DNA of 64,000 bases from Mobula hypostoma. Lineage: Eukaryota. Shown here piece after piece: positions 10,641-22,939 of this stretch. Both the position numbers and the translations under genes were made by a program. Numbering within the stretch: position 1 is the first letter of the stretch; each line of letters begins with the position of its first letter. The stretch covers positions 90,522,001 to 90,586,000 of the forward strand of contig NC_086108.1 of assembly GCF_963921235.1 (NCBI RefSeq). The letters are read 5' to 3'. The notes under the pieces were generated by a model, which saw nothing but the letters and a program-made list of their open reading frames with translations, was not told where the DNA came from and searched no databases.

Positions 10641-11163
10641 TTCCACAATCTAGGGAAACGCACTAACTTTTTTTTGGGTGAATGGGAGTACAGTACTGAA
10701 GTCCTAGTGGGAGATGCAGCAAAAGTTTAGTGAGGGACAAGAGAAGACATCTGTGTATGTCAGCTGTTAGAAACAATCTGGCAAAGGCATTGAATACAGC
10801 AGTTTAATATTGTTCAGTAAATATCTGAAGATTGCTCCATCTGGCAACTTTGCATCTGTTATCAATTACAACCTGATTGAGAAATATCCAAGAAACAGTC
10901 AACTATAAAGATAAAGGTACTTCTATCTTGTAATTAAGTAAAAATTTAAAACAAAAACTTATTTCAGGAACAGTGCTGAATTCATCTAATCGTCATCTTC
11001 AGGAAAGGAATTCTACCAAGCTTACCTGATCCAATCAATATGCAAATCTAAACCCACTAATATAGTTGGCTAGATCTACTTTGTGAAATGCCTTACTAAA
11101 TCTTTCCATTCAGATGAAGGACTTTTATTGTACCATTAAAGCAAATAATATAGATTAGTTATA

Positions 11164-11387
11164 ACAATGCACACAAAATGCTGGAGGAGCTCAGCAGGTT
11201 AGCATCTATGGAAAAGAATGAACAGTTGACACTTTGGGCCTAGAGCCTTCTTCAGTCCTGAGGAAGGATTTGGCCCAAAACATTGACTGTTTGTTATTTT
11301 CCATAGATGTTGTCTGGTTTGCCAAGATCTTCTAGCATTTTGTGTGTATTGCTTTGGATTTCCAGCATTTGCAGACGTTCTCGTGTT
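11164..11387. mobile_element. Palindromic head-to-head pair of PLE terminal repeats
   Basis: 11164-11255 is the reverse complement of about 11257-11350. The junction CCTTCTTCAG-TC-CTGAGGAAGG joins two CTGANGA boxes on opposite strands. Confidence 0.85.
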
Positions 11388-11686
11388 TAGATTTTGAATA
11401 AATTACCTTTTGGAAGAAAATATTTTCTATCGTTGACCATGTTGCATACTTCCATGCTTCCAAAATCATTAAAAACCGTAAGAAAAGCATGTTACAAAAT
11501 CATATTTGCCTGCAGATTCAATCATGTAACACATTTTTCACTGTGATGCAACGGAAAAAGTATCTTATTTCCTCTTCTGCAGAGAAGAATGATAACCACC
11601 ATATTCAGTTTTTTTTTGGACACTACTGGAGTCAGTAAAACATTTCCCAATGTAATTTAAACATCTGGGCACTCAATAATCACATA

Positions 11687-12245
11687 CACTCAGTGGCCAT
11701 TTATTAGGTATCCCCTGTAACTAATGTAGTGGCCACTGAGTGTACATTCATGGTCTTCAGCTGCTGTAACCCATCAACTTCAAGGTTTGATGTTCTCTAC
11801 ATTCAGAGATACTCTGCTGCACATCACTGTTAGCATGTGTGATTATCTGAGTTACTGTTGGCTTCCTGTCAACTTGAAATAGACTGGCAGTTCTCCCCAA
11901 CCTCTCTCAAAAACAAGGTGTTTTCACCTGCAGAATTGCTGCTTTGGAATTATTTTTGATTTTTGAACCAATCATTTTCTGCAAGCTCTAGAGCAGTAGT
12001 TCCCAACCTGGAGTCCTCAGACCCCTCAATTAACGGTAAGGGTCCATAGCATAAAAAGCCCTGCTCTAGAGATTGCTATGCATGAAACTCCTAGGAGATC
12101 AGCAGTTTGGTCTGAACTACAACTGAGCCTCTTGACCATGTCTGTATGCTTTTATGTTTTGAGTTTCTGCCGCATGATTGACTGATTAGATTTTGGCAGC
12201 AATAAGCAGGAGTTAAGATTAACCAAATAACTTGACCACCAAGTG
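11687..12245 (-). mobile_element. Non-autonomous Tc1-derived element
   Basis: TA|CACTCAGTGGCCA ... TGACCACCAAGTG|TA. The interior is the reverse complement of the copy at 30990-31427. Confidence 0.85.
11994..12063 (-). mobile_element. hAT MITE of the same family as 4879-4959, nested in the Tc1 derivative
   Basis: Has a perfect 8-bp TSD CTCTAGAG (11986-11993 and 12064-12071) and termini CAGTAGTTCCCAACCT ... CCCTG. Confidence 0.85.
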
Positions 12246-13564
12246 TATGTTCAATATACTTGACTTCCACTGTGGAATGAACTTCAGAGAATATGTATAG
12301 TACTTTGTCATGAGCACATAGTGAATTCCATGCTCATGACTGGGAATTCATTATTTTTTCTATTTAGAAAATTTTATCTATGCAAGATTTTTCTGTTCTA
12401 ATTGTTAAAATGTTACTTTGGGAATAAAGATTAAACAAGATATGTGTTTTTTTTCAAAAAGACATCTTAAAAACATTAAGAAAACCTGAAAGAAAAACAC
12501 AGAAACTTTTAGAAACACTAACAGGTCTGGTAGCATTGGTGATACTGGTATTGGAATTAGTTTAATATTGTTGCATGTACCAAGATGCAAATGGTTTTGC
12601 AAGTTTTTCACTGAATCTTGGTACATGTGACAATAATAAACCAGAACTGCTGAGTGTTACCAGCATTTTGTGATTTTTGAAATTTTCAGGTTCACTTAAT
12701 GTTGGAAAGAGAAATAGAGCTTTTCATGTCAAAAACTGTTAATCAAAACCAGAGTTGGATTAAAGAGTGGTTGATCATTTCATTGCTTGGATGAAGGGTG
12801 AAGGATCTTGTTTCACCAGTTTTTGTTGCATATATTCAGTGGCAGAAAAATAACAATCAGCTTTCTGATTTGATGATAGGCATGACAATTTAATATAGGA
12901 TTCTTTGAGACTGAGAAATTCCCATTTGTGCATTTAGAAGCTGCACCCGAAAACTAAACTACTAAGCAAGTAAAAGGTGAGTTGGAGCCTAAAGCCTGTC
13001 CTGAGATGATTATTCAGGAATGCCAGATGAGCTTGAAGAACAGTCCTCCTGATGCAAGGTGGATGCAACTAATCAGGAGATTAATGAATTTTAAAACACT
13101 ATTTGTTATAGTAAATTGATCTAAACAAGGCTTTTCGAGAAAAATCGGACATGAAAGATTTGCAAATTATCTGGCTGAATAAATACCTGTCTTGGTAATA
13201 GAACAAAAGGATGGTAATAAGTTGATACAACCTGGGCAATGCTCCTAGTTTGTTGGCTTTCAACTACTTCTACTATAAAGACACAGGTGTAAGATCGATC
13301 ATAGAATGTCCAAAGATATTATTTCCTTTCCCTGTGGAACAGCAACAGTAACTACTCTTCAGTTGTTGGTTTATTGAATGTGAACTTCTTTAGAGAATGC
13401 AGTGCACACAAGGACTGCCATGTTACTGTGAAAATACACTTGTTCTTTTGGAAAATGTTAATGTAGAACTAGTAGCTTCCGTCAGGTGGAATGCAGAGAG
13501 GACAGGTTTTACTTTGTGACATGTTTCAGCTCTTCGTGTTGTTTCTTTCAGTGTAATGGAGAAC

Positions 13565-14900
13565 TACAGTGTAAAAAATGTAATCTTCCTGCAAGTAAGT
13601 GAAGTACAGAGGGCTCTGGGTATTCTAATGCTTGAAGAACAAAAAAGCTACCGGGCATATTTGGCAAGTAGTTAAGCAGGTGAGATGCACCATGGCTTTC
13701 ATTTCAAAGCGGTTGGAGTTTAAATATAGAGAGGTCTCCAGGCAATTCTGCAAGGTGTTGGTGTGGCCTCGCCTGCAATACTGCATGCACTATATAGATA
13801 TAATAATGTTGGAGGTAGTTCAAAGGAGATTCACCAGACTCACTCCAGGGATGAGAAGGCTGTCCTACTGGAAGAGAGCAAGTAGTGTGGGTGTTGCATT
13901 CTTGGAAATTTATAATAATGAGGGATAACATTCAAATATTTAAGATTTTTGTCTAGCATAGCACCCTTAAACAGGGCCCTCTATATATTGACTCAGGCAA
14001 CTTTCCTGGATATATTTCATAAATTCCATCTGGTCCAGTCCCATAACACTGTGAGCAGCCCAGTTAAAAATGTAAGCTCTTATTATTACCTATATTCTTA
14101 TAACTATGACTCCTGATAACTACTTACCCTATTATTCTTACAACTATGAACTATCTCCCTACATGGCTGCTTCTCGTATTCCCACTGACTATTGGAGGGT
14201 CCATAATGCAGTCCCACAAGAGTGGCCCACCTCTTCTTGTTTCTAAGTTCTACTTATATAGTCTCACAGGACAGTCCCCCAAGATTGTAATCTCTAAGTA
14301 CTGGTGTCAGTCTTCCTTCATCGAAAAGGCTACATTCTGTACTTGCTTAGTTGCACCTTTGTCACACCTATAACATCTGGAATAGTGAGCAAACAGACCT
14401 GGCCTTCTCTCAGCCATATTTCTGTTATGGCTATAACATCCCAACCCTCAGAATCAATCCACACTTTTGAGTTTGTATGCCTTATTTGTTAAACCTTCTC
14501 TATTGAAATAAATATCCAGTATTGTACTGGGTATTCCTTACCCTACCTTTACTGTGCCCTGGATATCCTGATAACTAAGCTTGCTCTTGCTGACTTCTGC
14601 TTTATCCCGTGCTCTGAGTTGTTGGAATGTTTTCACTAGTGGGAGTGTCTTGAGCAAGGAAACATAACTGCAGGTTAAGGATTCTTATAGTTATGTCCCC
14701 TTGTTCAAGAGGTACATAGAAGTTTCATGGAAGCTGGAGCATTAGAAGTGTTTAAAATGGGAATTATATATATGTGAAAGATTGAGGAATAGAAAAGTGT
14801 GTAAAATGATGCAGAAAATGAGTTGAGCCAGCTATGATCATATTATAACGTGTGACAAGTTTGAAGAGCCAGCTGTTCTATTACTGCTATTTTGTTGTGT
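13565..14900 (+). mobile_element. Fragmented degenerate CR1 (plus-strand RT and 3' pieces with an intervening minus-strand endonuclease-region piece)
   Basis: ORF 13632-13928 reads AFISKRLEFKYREV..LVWPRLQYC..VQRRFTRLTPGM. The 3' remnant is at 14620-14900. Confidence 0.7.
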
Positions 14901-15399
14901 TCTTATGTTATCTTCAATATCCAAATGCTTATTTATTTGGCAGGGCAGGCCTCAGCATGGATCTGCAGGGTCCTTCTGGAAATGAATCCATTCCTTTTCT
15001 CAAATTTGGGACTCTAATCAGAAATGTCAAAGTACCCAATGCTGGTCCAGTTTATTGAATTATTTGGGAAACAGCTTTGTGTTGCTTGTTTCTGCAAAAA
15101 TCACTAAGACTTGTTAGCATGGCCTGAAGCATCTTTGAGATATTGAAGGAAGTAATAGCATCTCTCAAAGATGAGAATAATTCTGGCTGTTCTATTCTGG
15201 CCATAGGATGTGAACTAAGAGGTGGATGAGCAGAGCAGTTTTCACATGCCAATACCCTACCTAAGTGTTTATTTGACCTAGAAAACTTGCCTCCAGCTTT
15301 CAAAGCAGCAGTTTCCCAGAAAATTGACCTTATCCAGGGGGATAGTCACAGGGATGTGGAATTAGAATTGGAAATGGTTTGAAATAACTCAGAAAGTGC

Positions 15400-15998
15400 A
15401 TAGCTGAGGTGGTTGATGGTTGGATTGAGTTGTTCTCTAATCTTGGCAGTCCATTTGCAAATGTTTTGTCACCTTGCAAGGAGACAGCATCAGTGCCCTA
15501 TTCATTTGTGGTATGTCTTCCAAATTCTTGGCCTTTATATACTTATCAGTCAGTTGATTGGTTGTCATTACAGAAACTCAATTGTAATGTAGAGAGGGCG
15601 TCTCATTGCTGATTGGTTGTGTGGCAAACTCTGCATTGTCTGGAATTTTGCCTGCATTGGCTTATAAATGGGAGCGAGGTCTACATGTCTGTTTATAGAA
15701 CTGTTTCCAAAAACTGGGCTATTGGACAAGACCAATGAGATCTGCAAAATCCAATGAGGTCTACAAAATCCAATCTAGTATTACATCAGCCAAACTAGGA
15801 AAAAACTAACCACAAGGATCCATGAACATCAACTGGCCATGCAGCAGAATGGCCAGCTCTCCCTGGACTCTATCCATGAAGATCATGAGGGGCACAAATT
15901 GGACTGGGCATCAGTGGAAGGCATTGGTGAATGCAAACAGGTGGCATGCAAGAGGATTCCTAGAAGCATGGTTTTCCACAAACAATTCTATAAACCCA
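15400..15998 (+). mobile_element. Second Penelope-like family (Poseidon-type): GIY-YIG C-terminal fragment plus an inverted upstream terminal repeat
   Basis: From 15782 it reads YISQTRKKLTTRIHEHQLA..LSLDSIHEDHEGHKLDW, then after a frameshift ANRWHARGFLEAWFSTNNSIN. A minus-strand hammerhead-like motif lies at 15457-15496. Confidence 0.8.
15457..15496 (-). ncRNA. Degenerate minimal hammerhead ribozyme (second PLE family)
   Basis: The minus strand reads GCA-CTGATGC-T-GTCTCCT-TGCA-AGGTGAC-AAA-ACAT-T-TGC. Stem I is GCA/TGC, stem II is long, and two of the core changes are CpG-type transitions. Confidence 0.55.
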
Positions 15999-16104
15999 CA
16001 TGATGCATCCAGGTAGGATATTTTCTACGGTGCATCGATAAATGTGGTAAGGGTCGATGAGGACATGCGGAAATGTCTATTTCCTCAGGAGGCTAAAGAA
16101 TAGA

Positions 16105-18610
16105 GAACTGTACACAATCTTGTAAGTGTGGTCTCTCAAGTGTGGTGTCACAAGTGCCTTATAGTGCCTCGACATCACATCCCTGCTCTTATCTCTTATA
16201 TTCTATACCTCTAGAAATGAATGCCAACATTGCATTTGTCTTCTGCACCACCGACTCAGCCTGAAGGTTAACCTTTAGGGTATCCTGCATGAGGACTCCC
16301 AAGTCCCTTTGTATCTCTGCATTTTGAATTCTCTCCCCATCTAAATAGTCTGTCTGTTTATTTCTTCCGCCAAGGTGCATGACCATACACTTTCCAACAT
16401 TGTATTTCATTTGCCCATTCCCTTAAACTATCTAAGCCTCTCTGCAGGCTCTGTTTCCTCAACACTACCTGCTCCTCAACCTATCTTTGTATCATTGGCA
16501 AATTTAGCCACAAATCCATTAATCCCATTGTTCAAATCATTGACATACTTCATAAAAAGCAGTGGTCCCAACAGCGACCCCTGTGGAACTCCACTGGTAC
16601 CAGCAACCAGCCAGAATAGGATCCCTTTATTCCCACTCACTGTTTTCTGCCAATCAGCCAATGCTCCATCCACGTTAGTAGCTCCCCTGTAATTCGCTGA
16701 GCTCTTCTCTAGCTAAGCAACCTTACGTGCGGCACATTGTCAAAGGCCTTCTGAAAATCCAAGTACACCACATCTACTGCATCTCCTTTGTCTACTCTGC
16801 TTGTAATTGCCTCAAAGAATTGCTGGAGGTTAGTCAGGCAGGATTTTCCTTTCAGAGAACCATGCTGGCTTTGGCCTATCTTGTCATATGCCTCTGGGTA
16901 TTCTGTAATCTCATCCTGACAACTTCTTAACCACTGATGTCAGGCTAACAGGTCTATAGTTTCCTTTCCACTGCCTCCCACCCTTCTTAAATAGTGGAGT
17001 AACATTTGCAATTCTCCAGTCATCCAGTACAGTGTCAGAATCTATCGATTCTTGAAAGATCATTGTTAATGCCTCTGCACTCTCTCTAGCTGCTTCCCTC
17101 AGAACCCAAGGGTGCATTCCATCACGTTCAGGAGATTTATCCACCCTCAGACCATTAAGCTTCCTGGGCACCTTCTCAGTCATAATTTTCACTGCACATA
17201 CTTCACTTCCTGACACTCTTGAATGTCCGGTATATTGCAGATGTCCACTGTGAAGACTGATGCAAAATACGTATTCAGTTCCTCTGCCATCTCTGCATCT
17301 CTCATTACCATATTTCCAGTGTCATTTTCTATTGGTCCTATATCTACCCTCAACTCTTTTTTACTCTTTATATACATAAAAAAGCTTTTAGTATCTTCTT
17401 TGATATTAGTCACCAGCTTCCTTTCATAATTCATCTTTTCCTTCCTAATGACCTTCTTCATTTGCTTCTGCAAGTTTTTAAAAGCTTCCTAATCCTCTAT
17501 CTTCCCAGAAGCTTTGGTGTCCTTGTATGCCCTTTCTTTCGCTTTTCTTTGGCTCTGATTTCACGTGGTAGTGTCCTTCTTCCATTCGAAAATTTCTTCT
17601 TATTTGGAATATATCTGTCTTGCACTTCTGTCATTTTTTTTTTGCAGAAAATCCAGCCATTGCTGCTCTGTTGTCCTTCCTGCTAGTGTCCCTTTCCAGT
17701 CAACTTTGGCCAGTTCCCCTCTCATGCCATTTTAATTTCCATTATTTCACTGAAATGCCGACACATTGGAATTTAGTTTCTCCTTCTCAAATTTCAAAGT
17801 GAACTTGAACATATTGTGATCACTGTTCCCTAAGTGTTCCTTAAACTTAAGCAATCTTATCACCTCTGGATCATTGTACAACACCCAATCCAGCATAGTT
17901 GATCCCCTAGTGGGCTCAACAACCAGCTGTTCTAAAAAGCCATCCCTTAGACATTCGACAAATTCTCTCTCTTGAGGTCCAGTACTGGCCTGGTTTTCCC
18001 AATCCACTTTCATGTTAAGATCCCCAACTATCATCATGACATTGCCCTTCTGACACGTCTTTTCTTTCTCTTGCTGTAATTTGTAATCCACATCCCAGCT
18101 GCTGTTTGGAGGCCTGTATACAACTGCCATTAGGGTCCTTTTACCCTTGCCATTTCTTAACTCAACCTATAGAGACTCTACACCTTCTGATCCTATGTCA
18201 TCCCTTTCTAATGATTTAATATTATTTCGTACACACAGGGCCACACCACCCCCTCTGCCTACCAACCTATCTTTTCGATACACAGTATATCCTTGGATGT
18301 TCAGCTCCCAATGGCAGCCTTCCTTTAGCCAAGTTTCAGAGATGACCACAATATCATACTTGCCAATCTGTAGCTGAATTCCAAGATCATCTATTTTATT
18401 TCTTATGCTGCGTGCATTCAAATATAACACTTTCAATCCAGTATTTGTTGCTTTCTGTTTTAAATCATCCCACTGGCTGTGATTATGCCTCATCTCCTGC
18501 TTGTCCTTCCTGTCATCTCTGTTGCACGCTATCTTTGGTTTACTTCTGTTTTCCCCTTCCTCAGCTCTCATCCCCCTGCTAAATTATTTTAGACCCTCCC
18601 TAGCGCTCCC
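16105..18610 (-). mobile_element. CR1 LINE with most of ORF2 (AP endonuclease and RT), frameshifted and lacking the 3' end
   Basis: Encodes KVLYLNARSIRNK..DIVVISETWL..YRKDRLVGRGGGVAL, VVYRPPN..VGDLN..LGNSDHN, DWRIANVTPLFKKG..NYRPVSLTS and SGVPQGSLLGPLLF..KFAND. Confidence 0.95.
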
Positions 18611-19184
18611 TAATGAGTCAAGCCTTACCACCCTGACTCAGACCACTCCGTCGATGACTGTCCACTAGGCAGCGTCTTCCTTTTATGCCTGAACCGTCCC
18701 TGCTCTCCAACTTTTCTTATGTTGTAAGAAAATATGAGCTATGATATTCCTAGTTGCTGCTGGGGTGAAGATGCAGCTCTGTTAGTGATCCTGGAGTCCT
18801 GTATAAACCAGAGTAAGTAATCATAGGCGATTTCCTACCTGCAAATAAGTGAGTTCTTAGAACAATCTGGTAGTTCCATTGTCATCATGATTGGTGCAAA
18901 CTTTTCATTCAATTTAATTAATTACTAATTCTCATGCTGGTGCAATTCAAACTCATTTCCTTAAATCGATAGGCCAGGCCTCCAGATGCAGTATACTAAA
19001 TTATTCAGTTTACTTCTTATTAGGCAGCACTGGGGCGGAGGGGCACATCCAGAAACTACAGTGAAGTAAAGCCAGAGACACAGTAGGCCATTTGGCCCAT
19101 CAAGTCTGCTCTCCCATTCAGTATTGGCAGATTTATTTTCCCTCTCAACCCTATTCTCCTGCCTTCTCCCCATAACCTTTGGTA

Positions 19185-20200
19185 CCATAGAACCATAGAA
19201 ACTACAGCACAGAAACAGGCCTTTTGGCCCTTCCTGGCTGTGCCGAACCATTTTCTGCCTAGTCCCACTGACCTGCACACGGACCATATCCCTCCATACA
19301 CCTCCCATCAATGTATCTGTCCAATTTATTCTTAAATGTTAAAAAAGAACCCGCATTTATCACCTCGTCTGGCAGATCATTCCATACTCCCACCACTCTC
19401 TGTGTGAAGAAGCTCCCCCTAATGTTCCCTTCAAACTTTGCCCCCCTCACCCTTAACCCATGTCCTCTGGTTTTTTTTCTCCCCTTGCCTCAGTGGAAAA
19501 AGCCTGCTTGCATTCACTCTATCTATACCCATCATAATTTTATATACCTCTATCAAATCTCCCCTCATTCTTCTACGCTCCAGGGAATAAAGTCCTAACC
19601 TATTCAACCTTTCTCTGTAACTGAGTTTCTCAAGTCCTGGCAACAACCTTGTAAACCTTCTCTGCACTCTTTCAACCTTATTTATATCCTTCCTGTAATT
19701 TGGTGACCAAAACTGAACACAATACTCCAGATTCGGCCTCACCAATGTCTTATACAACCTCATCATAACATTCCAGCTCTTATACTCAATACTTTGATTA
19801 ATAAAGGCCAATGTACCAAAAGCTCTCTTTACAACCCTATCTACCTGTGATGCCACTTTTAGGGAATTTTGTATCTGTATTCCTAGATCCCTCTGTTCCA
19901 CTGTACTCCTCAGTGCCTTACCATTAACCCTGTATGTTCTACCTTGGTTTGTCCTTCCAACGTGCAATACCTTACACTTGTCTGCACTAAACTCCATCTG
20001 CCATTTTTCAGCCCATTTTTCCAGCTGGTCCAAGTCCCTCTGCAGGCTCTGAAAACCTTCCTCGCTGTCTACTACACCTCCAAACTTTGTATCATCAGCA
20101 AATTTGCTGATCCAATTTACCAGATTATCATCCAGATCATTGATATAGATGACAAATAACAATGGACCCAGCACTAATCCCTGTGGCACACCACTAGTCA
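19185..20200 (-). mobile_element. Young 5'-truncated CR1 with a largely open RT C-terminal frame, nested in an older CR1 3' end (about 19075-20300)
   Basis: ORF 19431-20273 reads VTSGVPQG.VLGPLLFVIYINDLD..KFADDTK..LVRPNLEYCVQFWSP..RRMRGDLIEVYK. The tail CCATAGAACCATAGAA is at about 19185. Confidence 0.95.
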
Positions 20201-20892
20201 CATTACATATCAAGCTCCACTTGAAATATGCCCATTTACTTGGCCACCACAGCAATCTGGCAATGAATTCCACAAATTCAGCACCCTCTGGCTACAGAGA
20301 TCCAGGCTGCAGTCTAGCCTATTTCTCGGCAACAGTTGTTGCTGCTCTGGGTGTAAACATTGTGGAAGGTTGACCTGAACAAGATGCCAATTGCCAAGCA
20401 TTCCTTGATCCTGTAGTATAGACTGGCATGGCACTAATCTGTGTTTTTAGATAAAGTACTCAGAGGATTTCTGTATATACGTTGCTGTAGTGTTAGTAGT
20501 GAAGAAGTTGGGTTGTATCTTTCTTGTGCACTGAATTATTATGTGCATTGCCAGTACCAAATGTCATCACTAGAAATTGTTGAAAAAAGTTTGTGTGCTC
20601 TAATGTGATTTCTTCCTCAACAATGCACAGGACCATGAGCTACATGGCCCCAGAAGAATAATATTACAGTATTACAATGCTGCTGCACAATTTTGGTGCA
20701 CTGGCTCCTAACAAGGCCAACTTACAAAGCCATCAAAGCCTAACACCAAACTACACGGTCCCATGGGGGAGAAAGATTTTGCGAGTGCGTGCTCTCCCTC
20801 TTGCCCTAGCTGTGAGATGGTCACTGAACCAGACATAGCTTTATTTTTTTTCGTCCGTTATGTGTTCTGAAAGGTACTTACTCATTTGAGCA

Positions 20893-20980
20893 CAGGTCTT
20901 AGCCCAAAAAGTTGACTGTTTATTCCCCTCCATAGATGTTGCTTGACCGGCTGAGTTCCTCCAGCAACTTTTGTGCATTG
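20893..20980 (+). mobile_element. Short PLE terminal-repeat insertion
   Basis: GGTCTTAGCCCAAAAAGTTGACTG..GCTGAGTTCCTCCAGCA, flanked by TTGAGCA (20886-20892 and 20981-20987). Confidence 0.8.
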
Positions 20981-21281
20981 TTGAGCATGTCTGAATGTGT
21001 ATGAGCAGTCCATTCCCTTTGCATACATTATTAAAGCAAAGAAGAAGGTACTTGGCCCCTTGTATCTATGCTAGTTCTTCTTAAACCTTATGACAAAATT
21101 AGCTGTAACAGAGAACTTACAATTTGCTTTGAATTCCCGAATATTTAAAGTCACCGAATAAAAATTGTATTTCCCTGTGCAAACAGTCATACCAAGAAGC
21201 ATGCTTGTAAAAAGTAATTCTCCCTAATACAGTACCTAGTATCAACAATAATTTTGTGACAAATATACAAAGAACATTAGA

Positions 21282-21570
21282 GCTGCAATGGTTAGCTCAA
21301 TGTGTTATAGTACAGACAACCTGGGTTCAATTCCTGTCACTGCGTATTACCGGTTTCTACGTTCTCCCAGTGACTCTATGGGTTTCTCCTGGTGCTCCAG
21401 TTTCTTCCCACAGTCCAAAGATGTACGGTTGGTCAGTTAATTAGTCATTGTAAATTGTCCTGTGATTAGTGTCAGATTAAATCAGGAGATTGCTGGGCAC
21501 CTTGGCTCGAAGGGCCGGAAAGGCCTATTCCATGCTATACGGCAATAAATAAATAATTAAATAAATAAGC
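21282..21570 (+). mobile_element. tRNA-derived V-SINE (HE1-like) with a CR1-type tail
   Basis: Has a B box GGTTCAATTCC (21324-21334), the V-domain TGGGTTTCTCCTGGTGCTCCAGTTTCTTCCCACAGTCCAAAGA, and the tail GAAGGGCCGGAAAGGCCTATTCC followed by (TAAA)n. Confidence 0.85.
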
Positions 21571-22939
21571 TGTAAATGTTTGATATAAGCAGTATTTCCA
21601 AATAATGCTCCATGCTATTTTAAAACTATGCCTCGTGAATTTTTGCTCTTTGCTACAGCAGCAAGGAATTTGAACCTCAGTGTTAGGTGTACTTACTCTG
21701 ACCTAACATTATATTGCATTATATACGCATTGCATTTGTTTCTGAATGCTGATAAATATGAACAGACTCTGGTCATTTCAATTGGATTCATGAATTACAT
21801 ATATCTGTTGCGTGTATTTTATGTACAATAAACCCTGTTGCTTTTTTATTGTGCAAATATAAAAAACATAAAATATGTAATCACAAAAATAACAGCAAAA
21901 ATTACATCCTTTTTTTATATTTATTTAACAACCAAGTAGCAAAAAGTGATTTTTTTTTAATATAATGGAATTATTTCAGTTGATTCAGGAATAATATTAT
22001 GGTTAGTATTTGCAATTTGACTTGCACTGCAGTGGCAAAGTTGACATGAATCGGTTGATTAAAGACAGCAATTTTTTACTATAATTGGAATTATCTGTGG
22101 TCCCTGCAGTCTTGCAGTGATGTACCAATCAGCAAAAAACCATAATGCAGCTTTCTGTTTGATCTAATAAGAAAAACACAGCAGGAATTATAATATTTGT
22201 CTTAGATAATTTATCTTATCCAACCTAAAAATTTTGTGTTACTAGAGGAAAACTTAATTTGCCTGTCTTTGACAGGTTTATTAAAGTAAAACCATAATCA
22301 GAGTAACAGATGTTTTAAGTTTTGCTAATACTGCCATTTTGAAATGTACAATTTTGTTAAAATTTTGTTGGTAATGCCTTGTGCCACATGCAGGAGAAAT
22401 ATAAAATCAAGCGTCTTTCACCAATTGAGTTTATCGCTTTTGTCTTTCTCTCTCTCCTTCCCTATATTTATGTACTTCTCTATCTGCAGGTTTTCTTTTT
22501 CAATTTCTTTAACATGCTTTGAAATTTCTTTCCTTCTCAATGCACTGATATGTTTGCCTGCTAAATAATCTCAAAACCTGCACTGGGACATCCAGATGAT
22601 TACCATCTTGTGTCCATTTAGTTTCATTTTATTTAACCAATTATATTATAAGAAATTTCTTCTATTATACACTTACTTGCAATGTGCTTCACTCTTGCTA
22701 TAACCCAAGAATGGAATACTTTAGCAGTCGAGCCATCTGGTTTTCACAGTTCAATTCAAGGCAAACTTTTTTTCTGCTACAGCCTTCTATCATTTTCGTT
22801 CTTCTTGGTAACACCTTTGACTTTCAGTTTCTTTCCAGTTTACCTATTTTCACTTCCTAACTAGACAAAAAAAATTTTACATTTATCACTTTTTCAACTC
22901 CTTTTCGAAGTATTTCTGAGGACTTTGTATCCAGTTGAA

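Noticed and set aside
12307..12340. 10-bp stem GTCATGAGCA / TGCTCATGAC
   Set aside because: One or two stems of this size are expected by chance in 64 kb.
20621..20661. CAG|G-ACC-ATG-AGC-TAC-ATG-GCC-CCA-GAA reads like a kinase GTxxYMAPE motif after an AG
   Set aside because: An in-frame stop follows one codon after the motif, there is no donor, and I see no other kinase exons. It is likely chance.
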